64,000 nucleotides of DNA from Eledone cirrhosa (Eukaryota), in NCBI GenBank assembly GCA_964016885.1, contig OZ024741.1, positions 354,578,001-354,642,000 on the forward strand, in the 5' to 3' direction. The stretch's first letter is position 1; each line of letters begins with the position of its first letter. Made by a program: the position numbers and the translations under genes. The notes beneath the pieces were generated by a model. That model saw only the letters and a list, made by a program, of their open reading frames with translations, did no database searches and was not told the DNA's origin. This document shows, one piece after another, positions 1-12,186 of this stretch.

Positions 1-109
1 TGGATGAAAACTGTCCTGGAAATACTCGCTCTGCTCATGAATAAGTACTAAATAATCTGAACCACCTTACTATTTTTTTACTGACCAGCTCGTTATTATA
101 TTTAGTATT

Positions 110-322
110 AAGGGTGAGTTGGCAGAATTGATAGAGCATCAGATAAAATGTCATTGCAATATTTGTTCTGGTGTTTTACATTCTGAGTTCAAATCCTGCT
201 GAGATCAACTCTGCCTTTCATTCTTCCAAGGTCAATAAAATAAAGTACCAGTAATGCACTGGAGTTGATTTAATCAACCCCTCCCTCAAATTTTTGGCCC
301 TGTGCCAAAATAGAAACAGTTA
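110..322 (+). mobile_element. tRNA-derived SINE, dominant family of this window (Nin/Deu-like core)
   Basis: Box A-like ttggcagaattg, box B-like gagttcaaatcc, core gcctttcatt..gtcaataaaataaagtaccag, tail ggccctgtgccaaaatagaaaca(tta)n. Further copies at about 3035-3258(+), 5340-5480(-), 5803-6127(-, x2), 9700-9850(+), 10750-10945(+), 16485-16860(-, x2), 17265-17430(-), 20170-20390(+), 21028-21611(-, x3), 26460-26642(-), 26831-26926(+), 34075-34470(+, x2), 35726-35912(+). Confidence 0.85.
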
Positions 323-1499
323 TTATATGTAGTATTAAAATGAACATTCAGAGGATAAGACAAGTGGTTATTTTAAGATGCATTTTGATGGGGGAAAATG
401 TTTCTTATACTTTGAAAAATATGGTTTATTGCCAATGCCTTAAGAAATACATGAATGACACAAATTTAATTCTTACCTTTTGTATGGCTTTGTGCTTGAG
501 TAAAAAATCAATAAATACAATTAACACTTGCTAGCAGAGAAAATAGACATTAAATGATGATCATGATGGTGAATTGATTGACATTGCATCTGCAACTGAT
601 TTTCATATGAGAACTTCACAACAAATATTAATTTGCATATAAAAAACACTTTCATAACATTTACAACCTTTAATAAAGTTTAAAAAATAAAAATAATATT
701 TCAGTTTGTGTTAATTGAAATTTTAATTTATTGTATTTATTCCCCCATTTAGGTTCTGTTTTACAATAAATTGATTGTTTTATTCAGGTTTGTAACAACA
801 GTAGTTGTATGACTTCCTTTTCTTTTATTGGTTTTGTCTGGAGGAAGTTACAGTGCTTATGGCCTCTGCTCTCTATGGCCTTTGCCCTCTATGGCCTTTG
901 CTATCTATGGCCTTTGCCATCTGAAATCAGTGAGCTTGATTTTATTAATGTTCTTGAACATTTGTAAGTTGGCAGCTGCAGAACAAGACATGTGCAAGGA
1001 GAAATTTCCAAAAATCAATATTCTGGGAAACAAGGATTGGGTATAGTAGTTAGAGAGCAGCCTGAGGTGGAAGTAAGGACACAATATGGTTGATGAGAAA
1101 TGAGTGAGTAAGGATATCATGAATGGAGGTGGCAGAAGACCAGAGGTCATTGTAGATTGTCATCATTTCTGTCTAGTACTGGCTTATTTATTATTTATTT
1201 TTTTAAGAGCTGTGCATCAAATTCAAAGTTTATATTTCTTTATGTACTGTTATCCAGGATTTGAAGACACATTATTTCAAAACCAGGATGTTCAGATTGT
1301 TAAAATACTGTGATGTACAGCAGTGGCACCCTTAGGCACGGTTGGGTTCGTTAGTTTTCATCTGACTCTGGGACATTTTTCAACCAGACCTCGGTAATTG
1401 CTTCTGCTGGCAGGCTAAACTTACTAAGGGACTGGAGGCTTTTAGAGAAGATAGGCACTGCCAAAGATATCTATGGTCCACTGAATTCCAAGATGGACA

Positions 1500-1770
1500 T
1501 ACTGAAGCATGGAACAAACTGCCTGCGTCAGTTGTTGTTAGCTGCCGAGACACTGCATCCTTTAAAACCCTCATGCTTCCCGAAATACGCCAAAACTACA
1601 CCTGATGTACCCCTTCCATACACATGCACACATGTATATCATGACTCATGCACTGTTCATTTTCCTGACGTTTGTGCATTACCCTATGTACTATACATAC
1701 ACTTTTTGATGAGTTGTAGTGCACCTGAACACTGTACACAATATTTCATTATTATTATTATTATTATTTA
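1500..1770 (+). mobile_element. 3' end of CR1/L2-group LINE (same family as 21612-22270)
   Basis: EAWNKLPASVV..C.DTASFK-coding segment and 3' UTR ending cactgtacacaatatttc(att)n; reverse-complement match to 21612-21865. Confidence 0.75.
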
Positions 1771-1934
1771 AACATCTAGAGTGGCACCCCAATGACTGGC
1801 AATTTGATTGATTATTGATTTTTATATTATCATTAGCCTTGGTCTAAAAGATAGGGTGTTTATTTGAATTGACATTTTTTGTGTGGTGAGGCAGGGATGG
1901 TCTAGTGTTGATTATAGTCTTTACTTCAATAGTT

Positions 1935-2130
1935 CATTTACATGTTGAAGGAAGATGTGGTAGAGGTAGACCACGAAAAACATGGGCGGAGGTGGTGAGA
2001 GCAGACCTCAGATCGCTGAAGCTCACAGTGGAGATGACGAAGGACCGTGACAAGTGGAGAGATGCTGTGCTGAATAGGACCCGTTCCACCCTTGCAAGCA
2101 GGGAAAAGCGGACGTAAAATGATGATGATA
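1935..2130 (+). mobile_element. RTE-clade LINE 3' fragment
   Basis: VEGRCGRGRPRKTWAEVVRADL..L..EMTKDRDKWR is the typical RTE ORF C-terminus. It ends in gcaagca.ggaaaagcggacgtaaaa(tga)n, a tail shared with SINE-like repeats at about 2510-2757, 3555-4010 and 6590-6780. Confidence 0.75.
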
Positions 2131-4944
2131 TGGGATGCTCCACTACCATGGACTGTGCTAGAAAAGACCTGTCCAAATCATACAAGCATGGAAAAGTGGA
2201 TGTAAAATGATGAAGATGACTTATAATACATCAATTATGAATTGTAATAATCAATAAAAGTATAAGTACTTTTTTAACAAAGCTCTCCTGCTGTGCTTTT
2301 CAGATATGATTTGTTTGAATAATTTTCATTTGGAGCATGTCGATCTCTTTGTATTTAGTAGTAATCCACTGTTTTGTTTATTGTCCCTGACTGCAATTTA
2401 CACATGAAAAAATACTGTACTGGTATGGACATGTGATGCATATGAATGATGATTGCTGAGTGAAGAAGTACCAGTAATTTTCAGTGCATGGGAGCTGCAG
2501 TAGACAGTCTACTTAGTATTGGTGATCTACATGATTAATGTGGTTGGAAAGGCATCCAGCCATAGAAAACCTGCCAAACAATGATTAGACAAAGACCAAG
2601 GGCAGAAGTGGTGAGTGTGCATCTCAAAATGATGAACCCCACAGAGGATATGATAAAGGAACACAAGTGGGGGGAGGGCTGCAGTGAGAAAGATTTGTCC
2701 AACCCATGCAAGCATGGAAAAGCAAATTTAAAAGGACAGCGATGATGATGATGATGAGGGTGCTTGTTTCAAAAAAATATTTGCTTTGATATGAAGGACA
2801 CAAATTGTATGTTAAATAAAACTTTCAAATGTTTATGATGGATTCAATTTAACATCTCTTTCTTCATTTCCTTGTTAAATATGGTTTTCATTTTTATGAT
2901 GTTATCACATTTATTTCAACTATCATGAAGAAATATGTTTATGAACATCCATGATAATTGTTTTGACTGTTTACTCAGTAAATAATATGATTACAATATT
3001 TTCTATTGCCTATCAAAGGGCCTTAGACAAAGAGCAGGTGCATTGACAGAATCAGTAGAGCGTCGGACACTCTGCTTCGCGACATAGAGTTACGGCCCTT
3101 TTCGTTCTGAGTTCAAATCCCGCCAAGGTTAGCTGTGCCTTTCATCCTTATGGGGTTGATAAAATAAAGCACCAGTAATGAACTGGGGTTGATTTAATCC
3201 ACTTTCCCCTCCCCTTCAAATTGCTGGCCTTGTGCCTAAAGTAGAAACAATTATTATTATACACATTAAGTGTAGTAAATTGGCATTATAGGAAGAGTGC
3301 CAGACTCTCTACATTCTGAGTTCAAATCCCACTATGGTCAACTTTGCCTTTCATCCTTTCGGGGTTCATATAATAAAGTACTTGTCAGCTCTGGTGTTCC
3401 TCACAAATTCGTTTTGTCCCGCACTCTCTTCCTCATTCAGTACCATTATTCAATCCTTCTTATCTTTCTGCACTCAAAACTCAGCCACATACAATTTAAA
3501 CACCTCACGCCAAATCTGCACTGTCAGTTGTGTCAAGTGCACAAAAACCTTTCTAGTGTTGGGGCCATGATAAAATACACATAGTACACTTTGTAAAGTG
3601 GTTGGTGATATGAAGGGCATCAAGCCATAGAAAATTTGCCAAACAAAGGGTTGAAAGAACTCTTCTGTTGTGTCAAAGACATGAGAGTCTGCTTAGTATT
3701 GGTGATCTACATGATAAACGCACCCAGTATATCTTGTAATGTGGTTGGAAAGGCATCCAGCCATAGAAAACCTGCCAAACGAGTAGAGAGAACTCTTCAG
3801 TTATGTCAAAGATATGACAACTTACCTAGTGTTGGTGCAATAATAAAATACATACTGTACACTCTTTAAAATGTGGGAACATATGTAAGCGAGATGCAGT
3901 CCCTGATCTGTCTGTCCAGTAACTCTAATGAAGTATTGACTTGGTCTGTGGTGTCCTGTTAACCCTTGCTAATAAGGAAAATGGACATTAAATGAAAATG
4001 ATGATGATGACATCATAAACAGAGACTTTAAAAACATCCATTTCCTTCAATAACACAAAAACATAATCACTACACATACCAAGATAAAACATTTCATTCC
4101 ACTTCTCCAAACACAGACACATTCCTAGGCTTTAGAGCTCGAGGTGGGGGTTGTCAAACTATCCTGGGTGGGCACTAATTCCTTTGGGAATTTTTTGAAC
4201 AGCTTCTTTGGTAAACGTATTTTGTTTGCTTTTTAAATATATTTTTATCAGTGAAATCAAGACTTCAAGGAACATATTTCAGGACATTTTTTATAATCTG
4301 TATTTTCTAAATTTGAGGGTCCATCATTGAAAATTAGGGAGCGGGTAGTGCCATTCTGTGTTGTCCTCTCCCTCAGCAATGGGCCCACCCAAAAATCATC
4401 AGTGCAAAAACACAATCACTACACATATCAAGAATACATCACATTTAACTTCTCCCAAATATCAACAGCACAGAAGTGGAACCCTTAAGGTCACTACAAA
4501 TGACTGGTCTAACCATCACTGAAGATCATTCCTGCTGAACAAACATCCTGATCTTAGCTAAATTACATCACGACTGGTATTCCTCTTCAGAACTACAAAA
4601 TACTTCTTCCCCCAACAATTTACAGTGGTAAATTCTATTTTCTCATTCAGGCATCTGTGTGCGCACATGTTCAACATTATTGATGGCACTGTTTCATTAG
4701 TTCACAATAATTCTTTCAAATTAAGGTACAAGGCCATTAGTTTTGTGGAGAGGGGAAGTTGATTATATTGACCCCAGTACTGTGATTTGATTCTGGTTTT
4801 AGAACTTCAGAATATGTTGCTTATACAAATAATCCGTCTATGCATATTAAATAAATGTTGCAAACATACAACACTTCATTAAATTTGAAATAAGCAGAGT
4901 TCCTATTAAATTGCCTCAGTGTGAGTGTGTGTCCGTGAAACATA

Positions 4945-5110
4945 TACATATACACCCAGTCCGAACACAAAGGCACCAAACTCCCACTGTCCTGCCGTTC
5001 TCACCATCTCTCACTATTATGAGCAAATGGGGGCCCAGGCACTGGCCACACCGGCGGACAATAAAGAAAGCGTTTCCCTGGAGGATGGTGAAGGAGATGT
5101 ACAGGAAGAG
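4945..5110 (+). repeat. Dispersed repeat; diverged inverted copy at about 36000-36172
   Basis: Shared blocks aactcccac.gtc, ccatctctc, ccggcggaca, gcgtttccc.ggaggatggt.a.ggagat. Class undetermined. Confidence 0.6.
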
Positions 5111-6849
5111 CCATTCCAGTTCGCGAAGCTTACACCTGCAGGTAGCCAACTCCGTGCTGATGGTGGTGACTAGGGGGGGGGGGGGGGGGGCCAAAGGCCA
5201 AGGACACCAGAAGTCTTCACTGCTACAGGCTCGACTGCAAACTTGTTGGAGGATGACCAATATTTGGAGAATTTACCCTCCTCAGCTCGAAGTGCAGTAG
5301 AGTCTGGGTTAGTCGCAGACTGCCCCAGGTTTTGCTTAATACTTTATTTTATTGACCTCAGAAGTATGAAAGGAAAAGTTTATTGTAGCAGAATTTGAAC
5401 TCAGAATGTAAAGGGTTGGAACAAATACTGCATTACATTTTGTCTGATGCTCTAATGATTCTGTCAGTCTACTGCCCTTCCTATTTTATAATAATGAATT
5501 AGACCTCGGTAGTAAAAATAATTGTCAAGTGTGTCAGTTAAAAATAACATTACAGGAATATGAAAACCATATATAATTTCTTTCTTCTTTTGTCTAGTAG
5601 TCTTGCTCTTCCCTTTCTTTTCCTCTCATTTATGACATTTATAGTCCTTTCCAATATTGCATTCTTTTTTGTATGGTTAACCAAATAAAAAATTGTTTTT
5701 GATTTTACATATCACAAAGTATTTTTATTTTATTTTAAAAAACAAAACATTATTAACTTTTAAGTTTATAAATACAATTTGTATGATAAATAATTTTTTT
5801 TTTTTGTTTCTACTTTAGGCAAAAGGCCAGCAATTACCCAGTACATTACTGGTACTTTATTTTATCGACCCCCGTAAGGATGAAAGGCAAAGTTAACCTT
5901 GGCGGGATTTGAACTCAGACCGTAAAGGGACGTAACTATGGTAGAAAACATGGCGTCCAACCCTCTACCGATACTGCCAATTCATTTGTATGATAAATAA
6001 TTGTTTCTACTTTTGGCACAAGGCCAGCAATTACCCAGTGCATTACTGGTACTTTATTTTATTGACCCCGTAAGGATGAAAGGCAAAGTTAACCTTGGCG
6101 GGATTTGAACTCAGAATGGCAAGGGCCAATGAAAGTCAAATGAATGATTCAATAAAAGAAAAAGACATGCAACCTCCTTCAATTACATACTTGGACTGTT
6201 GGTGTTATCTTCTAGAAATGTTTGAGGTAAGCTAAAATATTCATGGTATTATCGCAGGTGATAGAGAAGCGAAATTGCTGGAATAGCCAAGCACCCCCAC
6301 AAGCATCCCTGATACTTCATTACAATGAGCCATCAACAGACTAGACTGGAAAAAAATCAGTAAGAGGTATACAGGAGAAAAGCAAATCTAATAAATAATG
6401 ACTCACTTATTTGTTCACTTTCTTCTTTTCTTTCTTTTTTTATGTACACACACACACATATATATATATATAGGCTCCTCAAATCGGTGCCATCCAGTAC
6501 AGGGCTCCAAAACTATGGTTCTGCTGTGAGATGGGTTCAGCGTGGCCAACTGGCCTGTCCCTCCTCATAACGGTGCCATCCAGCTCCACACTGTAAATGT
6601 GGTTGGCGTTAGGAAGAGCATCCAGCTGTAAAATACCCAGCCAGATTTACAGTCCTCGTCAGAGCAAGGTACAGCGTGGCCAACTCTGGCCAGACTTGTC
6701 TCCCAACATGGGCAACCTGTCTAACCCATGCAAGCATGGAAAAATGGACACTAAACGGTGATGATGATGATGATGATGATATCTGAGTAAATTATGAATG
6801 TATTATATGAGTTCAAAGTCTGCAAATACAAAATTCTCAGGGAACTGGG

Positions 6850-7020
6850 ATAAGCTCTACATCTCCATTGTACTCAGAGTTGGTGCTGATGTGTGTGTGG
6901 GATTTACATGTCATTGCGGCTGGTCTCTTGACTCCATGGGACTTCTTTGGTTGTCTTACTATCTGAATGCTAGTCACCATATCAAGCTGTTACAAATTAT
7001 CAAGTGGGCCCTGGCTCGAA
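6850..7020 (+). mobile_element. Degenerate CRE-like retrotransposon zinc-knuckle fragment
   Basis: LRVGADVC..FTCHCG..LDSMGL..LS...N.SHH..L..IIKWAL parallels the better preserved copy at 7884-8273. Confidence 0.5.
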
Positions 7021-7619
7021 TCAATATTATCATTATCATCATCGCTATTTAACATCTATTTTCCAGGCTTGCAGAGGTTAGATGGGGTGTCACGTTTTGA
7101 GGCTAGACAAATTAAGTGACCATGTCTTGCTTGTACGTTCCATTTTAGGGTTGTTTTCTATGGCTGGATTGCTTTTCTAATACCAACTGTTTTACAGCAT
7201 GTACTGGGAAGCATGGAAAATAGATGTTAAACAGTGATAATAATGATGATTATGGGGATATGAATTTGTTTATTTCGTATATATAAACCCAATTTATATA
7301 ATAAATATGATTTACATTTTTAAAAAAATCCAGACAGAAATATCCGTATCTATAAGTTGAAGAAAATAACTGAAACCTGGAATCACAGAATGAATATATA
7401 TTAGAATAACATTTGATATACATATATTAAAAATAATACCCATCCACTACCTTTTTTTCAAACGCCAGAATAATTTATCCCGTGGTCCCATGCAAAATTT
7501 CTCAACAAGTTTCGTTATTAAAATGCATGGAATAAACACATTTGTTAGTTTTCTGTCTGTCAATCTATTTATTTACTTATCTATCTCTTATCTATTACAA
7601 ATGAAAGCAGTATTTGAAA

Positions 7620-8445
7620 AGACTATAAATGCCATAAATGAAAGGAAAAGGAAGGGAAGATTGAGGTCAACTAGACAAAGGAAGAAAGAGAGGGAACGAG
7701 GGAGAGGGTGACAGACTCTACACCTAGACCAGAGTGGTGTTCCGGCTGCGCCCTGCGGACAGAATGGCAAAAGCATTTACGCAGACAATAGCCAGCGACA
7801 CACTTTACAACAGCTACCCCACCTCGCGGGCTCCTTCTTCAGACAGGCTACTATCGATCAGATTTTACGGAGGAGGTCAGCTGTCAGGGGTCCGAGGTCT
7901 CGACGGCGGCGGACAAGCGCCGGCTTTTGCTTGTTTTCCTGTTCTCTACATTGTGAGTCGAGGTACCGGGGTTTGTGTCCGAGGCGACTAAGTTGGAGAC
8001 GGAGAATGTGTCGCAGCATGTCGCGTTCCAGATGAGGGATTGGCCTCTTTCGAAAAGGAAGAAGGTAATTCCGTCGGGACGATTACTATAACTACTGTCG
8101 AGGCCTACTGTCTCCACTTGTGACAGAAAGCCGGTTGCGTCGAGGCTCCTTCTCATTATGTGGTTAAGAGTGGCATGTCGGGGGAGCTGGTCTGCGTTCT
8201 GGCGACATGATAATGGGTGTCGGCCGATCGCATCGGCGACAGCTCCACAACAGCATTTATGTGACTCACACACGCGATGGCCGAGGCGTTGGGCTACTCC
8301 GATGCAAGTGCACTCATCATCAAGAAGGGTACCGGTTGATGACGAGGGTATCCAATAGCGTCATGCGCCGCTGTTTTGGCTTCGAGGCAGAACGGAGGTA
8401 GGCGAGACGATGTTGGTTCCAAGCCAGACTTGATCCGTATACAGA
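7620..8445 (-). mobile_element. CRE-clade non-LTR retrotransposon 3' part (CCHC knuckle + restriction-like endonuclease), decayed
   Basis: RLG..VCESHKCCCG..AD..G.HPLSC......RH..LN, then RPDG.T and L.W.AT..DT, AVET, and a C-terminal SLAIV..NA.AIL. In-frame stops are present. Confidence 0.8.
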
Positions 8446-8960
8446 TGAATAGAGAAATCAACATTTAAAAAATATCTTATTAATGAATTATTTTTTACGG
8501 TTATCTCCCTTGTTATTAGGGAAAAACGAGTTGTCTGGCATTTAAAAAGTGATCATCCTTCGCCCAATTTTATTTCGGTGATTCGTTTCTATTTTATAGT
8601 TGCCTGAATTTTGAGAGTTAATATTATTTGACAAAGAAAGACCTTATGCAGGAATTAGGTTTTATAATAATAGAATTAGCTTTTTATTTTTAGATTAGAA
8701 TTACATCGACATTAACTTTTAGTTATTCCGTCAGCTTTTTACGAATATTTTCATCATTATACAACCAGATACGTGACAGCCATTTGTAATATACGATATT
8801 ATATGAAAATTCTTCGGTTGTATATCATTGGTGATAAATATTAAGTCACAGTTATTTTCTGTGAATTAATATATTCATTCACACTCCCCCAAATAATAAT
8901 TATTATTTCTTTTAATAGTATTAAATTTAAGCTTAATTCGAAACCCAGAAATCGCAGCGA

Positions 8961-9032
8961 GGGGGTGTAGCTCAGTGGTAGAGCGTTCGCTTTGCATGCG
9001 AAAGGCCCCGGGTTCGATACCCGGCACCTCCA
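8961..9032 (+). tRNA. tRNA-Ala (anticodon TGC)
   Basis: 72-nt cloverleaf: acceptor GGGGGTG/CACCTCC with G3:U70, D arm GCTC/GAGC, anticodon arm TTCGC-TT TGC AT-GCGAA, T arm CCGGG-TTCGATA-CCCGG; T-run terminator at about 9050. Confidence 0.97.
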
Positions 9033-9064
9033 ATATACCACATTCGCAATTTTTTTAAAATTTT

Positions 9065-9700
9065 TGTGTTCTGGAAGCATGTTCTTTTTTTACTCCGGGT
9101 ATGATGAGCCACTACTGATTTTATCGGTGTCTTTTTGTCGATTCTCTGTTAAGTGTGGGTTGGATCTGGCTATCAACTGAGTTTATTGTGAAGATTGCCC
9201 AGTTACCTTCCTTTAGAGGGGAAGGACAAGCAGTTTTTTTATCTGCCTGGTGGCCATGGCGAAAGAGGTTGTGTGGTGGACGCATTGAAGACATGCACAT
9301 TCTTCTTTGATTCACTTTTTCAGATGAAGAGAAAAATCAGTGGTGAGAAACAAATGCTGCATTCCAACCAATTTGTTGAACTGTGGGTGAGAGAAGCGAG
9401 CATGGTCCGAGTGTATGGGCTTGCTCCGAGTATGCACCTGTAAATTGGAGGAGGACATCTGAGAAAAGGCACATGCTCTAGCGGTCAAGGTTGCCATGGC
9501 TTTTTGTGGACTTTCTCCATGAGTGACCCTCTGAGTTATCCCCACTTTTAGGGAATTTGTTATGTTTTCATTTTAAATGTTCATTTTTTAGTCTTCTATA
9601 TAAACCGTTCCATCACACAAAAACCCCCACATTGTACTGTCCTTATTGTCCTCTTAATGCCCTGTGTGGCTAATAAAGAAACTATTATTATTATTATTAT
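9065..9700 (+). mobile_element. Tx1/L1-like LINE 3' fragment
   Basis: Frameshifted EH.LF.C-like start, LVAMAKEVVWWT, KRKI..EK..L....FVE.WV; T-rich 3' UTR with aataaagaaac(tat)n tail. Confidence 0.6.
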
Positions 9701-9865
9701 TTACGTTCTGAATTCAAATCCTACCGAGGTTAGCTTTGCCTTCATCCTTACGGGGTAAAATAAAGTACCAGTTACACACTGGGGTCGATTTAATCGACCC
9801 CCTCCCCCCAAATTACTGGTCTTGTGCCTATATAAGAAACCATTATTATTTTTTTTTCTTTAGTC

Positions 9866-10275
9866 AATCCCTCATCAACTCAAGGAAGGTGAGGGTGATG
9901 AGAGAAGTGCTGCCCCCCCCCCCCCCCAGTACATTTGCCAAAAGGTGGGTGAATGTGGTGAGAATGGCCTGCATGAATGGGCCTACTTTAAGCATCCACA
10001 TGTAGGCTGGTTAACTTGAAAAGGAAAAGGTTGCCCTTCCTGGGTGCCCTCAAAGCGTTGGATGGTTCAGGATCGGTGGGGCACGTGAGTCGCCCCCTGG
10101 GTGATTCACCCCTCCCCCCCTATTGGGGATTTTATTTTGTTATACTTTTATATATTTTATATTTTATATTGTTTCATTGTTAATTGTTTTTCTTATTGTA
10201 AACCCACCACTGTCTTTGTATTGTCCCCTATATGTCGGCCCTTGAGGCGAATAAATGAAATCATTATCATTATGA
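9866..10275 (+). mobile_element. Second Tx1/L1-like 3' end
   Basis: RKVRVMREVL...FAKRWVNVVRM parallels 9330-9420; similar 3' UTR and aataaatgaaatc(att) tail. Confidence 0.55.
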
Positions 10276-10279
10276 TGAT

Positions 10280-10740
10280 TTGAAACTTCCTTTGTGTTCT
10301 GCATCTTTCCAAATCATGCCGAGTGTCAACAAACCTGAGACAAAATTTGATAATACACACATTTTATAATCAATTGTCACACAAATGATGCCACAAGGGC
10401 ACAAACAACAGTAAATATCCTTGCACAGGTTTTTAATTGATAATGCCCTTCTTAGGACATGGGCAGTACCAATCAGCACTATTTTCAGTATCTCTTGCAG
10501 TGATGGCTTTCCAGGTATCCGGTCCAAATATTTTAAAGTACCCTTTTTTATCATTCCAAGAGCGCTGATTATCACTGGTGTTGCACAGGCCTTAAGATGC
10601 CTCATTTTCACAATTTCAATTGATAGATCTTTATAGTTACTGAGCTTTCCGAACCCTTTCGAGATGTTACGACCCGATGGAATGCTCATGTCAATTAAGA
10701 AACATGTTTTCTCTTTATGGTCCTTCACAATTATATCATA
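10280..10740 (-). mobile_element. R4/Dong-type retrotransposon RLE endonuclease C-terminus
   Basis: DIIVKD..K.CFLIDMSIP...NIS....KL..YKDL.IEI......PVII.ALG.I.K......LIGTAHVLRR.L. Confidence 0.8.
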
Positions 10741-11724
10741 TTATTGTTATGGATTGGCAGTATCGGTAGAGGGTCGGACGCCATGCTTTGACGCATAGAG
10801 TTACGGCCCTTGCCATTCTGAGTTCAAATCCCACCGAGGTTAACTTTGCCTTTCATCCTTACGGAGTCGATAAAATAAAGTACCAGTAATGCACTGGGTA
10901 ATTACTGGCCTTGTGCCAAAAAGTAGAAACAATTATTATTATTATTGACTTTTGATCTTTTCACCAACCTTAATTTTTGTTCAAGTTTTAGACTTGACAA
11001 AAGCTTAAGAAAACTAACCTGCTAGTTGCAGGTGGGGTTGTTGAAATTGGAGTATTATGAGTGGCAGAGAGAGAGAGATGGAGAGAGAGAAAGAGAGAGA
11101 GAAAGAGAATGACAGAAAGATATACAGAGAGATAGGCAGAGAGAGACAGACAGATAGATAAACAGACATAAATAAATAGGCAAATAGAAGGATAGATAGG
11201 ATGATGCTGATCCAGCACACCTATGGTTAAAATGTACACGCTACGGCCATGACATTTTTATTTAGACATTTGATAATGTGTACTTCTTCGCTTTTCAAGA
11301 CACTATACCGTGATCTTGGCTGTCAATAGAACGATAATGGAAATTTTCATTGGCAGCTTAAAAAGCAAAAGATGGGTTGCTTAAGGGAGGTAACTACTTA
11401 CACATTTTTACAAGAGTTATTTTTCTTCACTGACGAACTAATTCAAACAATTTGTAGCGGGTGTCGCTGATCATTCTCCTCGGCAATGTCTTCGCTATTT
11501 TGTCCACGGGGCATAGCCGAAACATACCGCCCAGACTAGTTGAATTCTGTCGCTTCCTCCCCCTTTCCCTTTCTTTCACTGATTAATTACTTTTCCCTTT
11601 ATCCTTTCCTTTTTCGTTTCCTTGCTGTAGTTTTTCTTATATATATATATATATATATATTTGTTGACAGCAAATGGATCGTCTGACCATGGGAGCACGT
11701 TCCTTCCACAAAAAGAATCTGTTA

Positions 11725-11777
<53 letters not shown>

Positions 11778-11780
<3 letters not shown>

Positions 11781-11935
11781 AACAAGTAAGACCCCGACGG
11801 CTGAGCTCAAGCCGTTTCGACGGCTTGAGCTCAGCCGTCGGGGTCTTACTTGTTCCTATTACCCACTCTACTACCCTAAGTATTGTGTACTTTAGTGCGT
11901 TATGGTCTACCTGGTTCCTTACCACATTTCCTTCG

Positions 11936-11972
<37 letters not shown>

Positions 11973-12162
11973 AACCAGTAAGACCCCGACAGCTGAGCTC
12001 AAGCCGTTTCGACGGCTAATTCTGGTCCAGAATTAGCCGTCGAAACGGCTTGAGCTCAGCTGTCGGGGTCTTACTGGTTCCTATTACCCACTCTACTACT
12101 TCAAGTATTGAGTACTTTGGTGCGTTATGGTCCACCTGGTTCCTTACCACATTTCCTTCGTT
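11778..12162. repeat. Two tandem copies of a 160-190 bp hairpin-capped element in (TA)n; third copy inverted at 58955-59142
   Basis: Near-identical body (attacccactctactac...accacatttccttcgtt), each ending in a fold-back of gtcggggtcttac..gttcct. Confidence 0.9.
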
Positions 12163-12186
12163 ATATATATATATATATATATTAAG

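Noticed and set aside
780-1400. Possible host exons with splice-like sites
   Set aside because: Stops in candidate frames and no recognisable protein motif.
4515-4560. Other CTGANGA hits (4519, 27324, 32546, 36720, 52680, 56915)
   Set aside because: No GAAA after a pairable stem II, or no stem I.
11425-11530. CTGACGA/CTGATCA near a hairpin ending in GAAAC
   Set aside because: Core elements are not correctly spaced and stem I cannot be formed.
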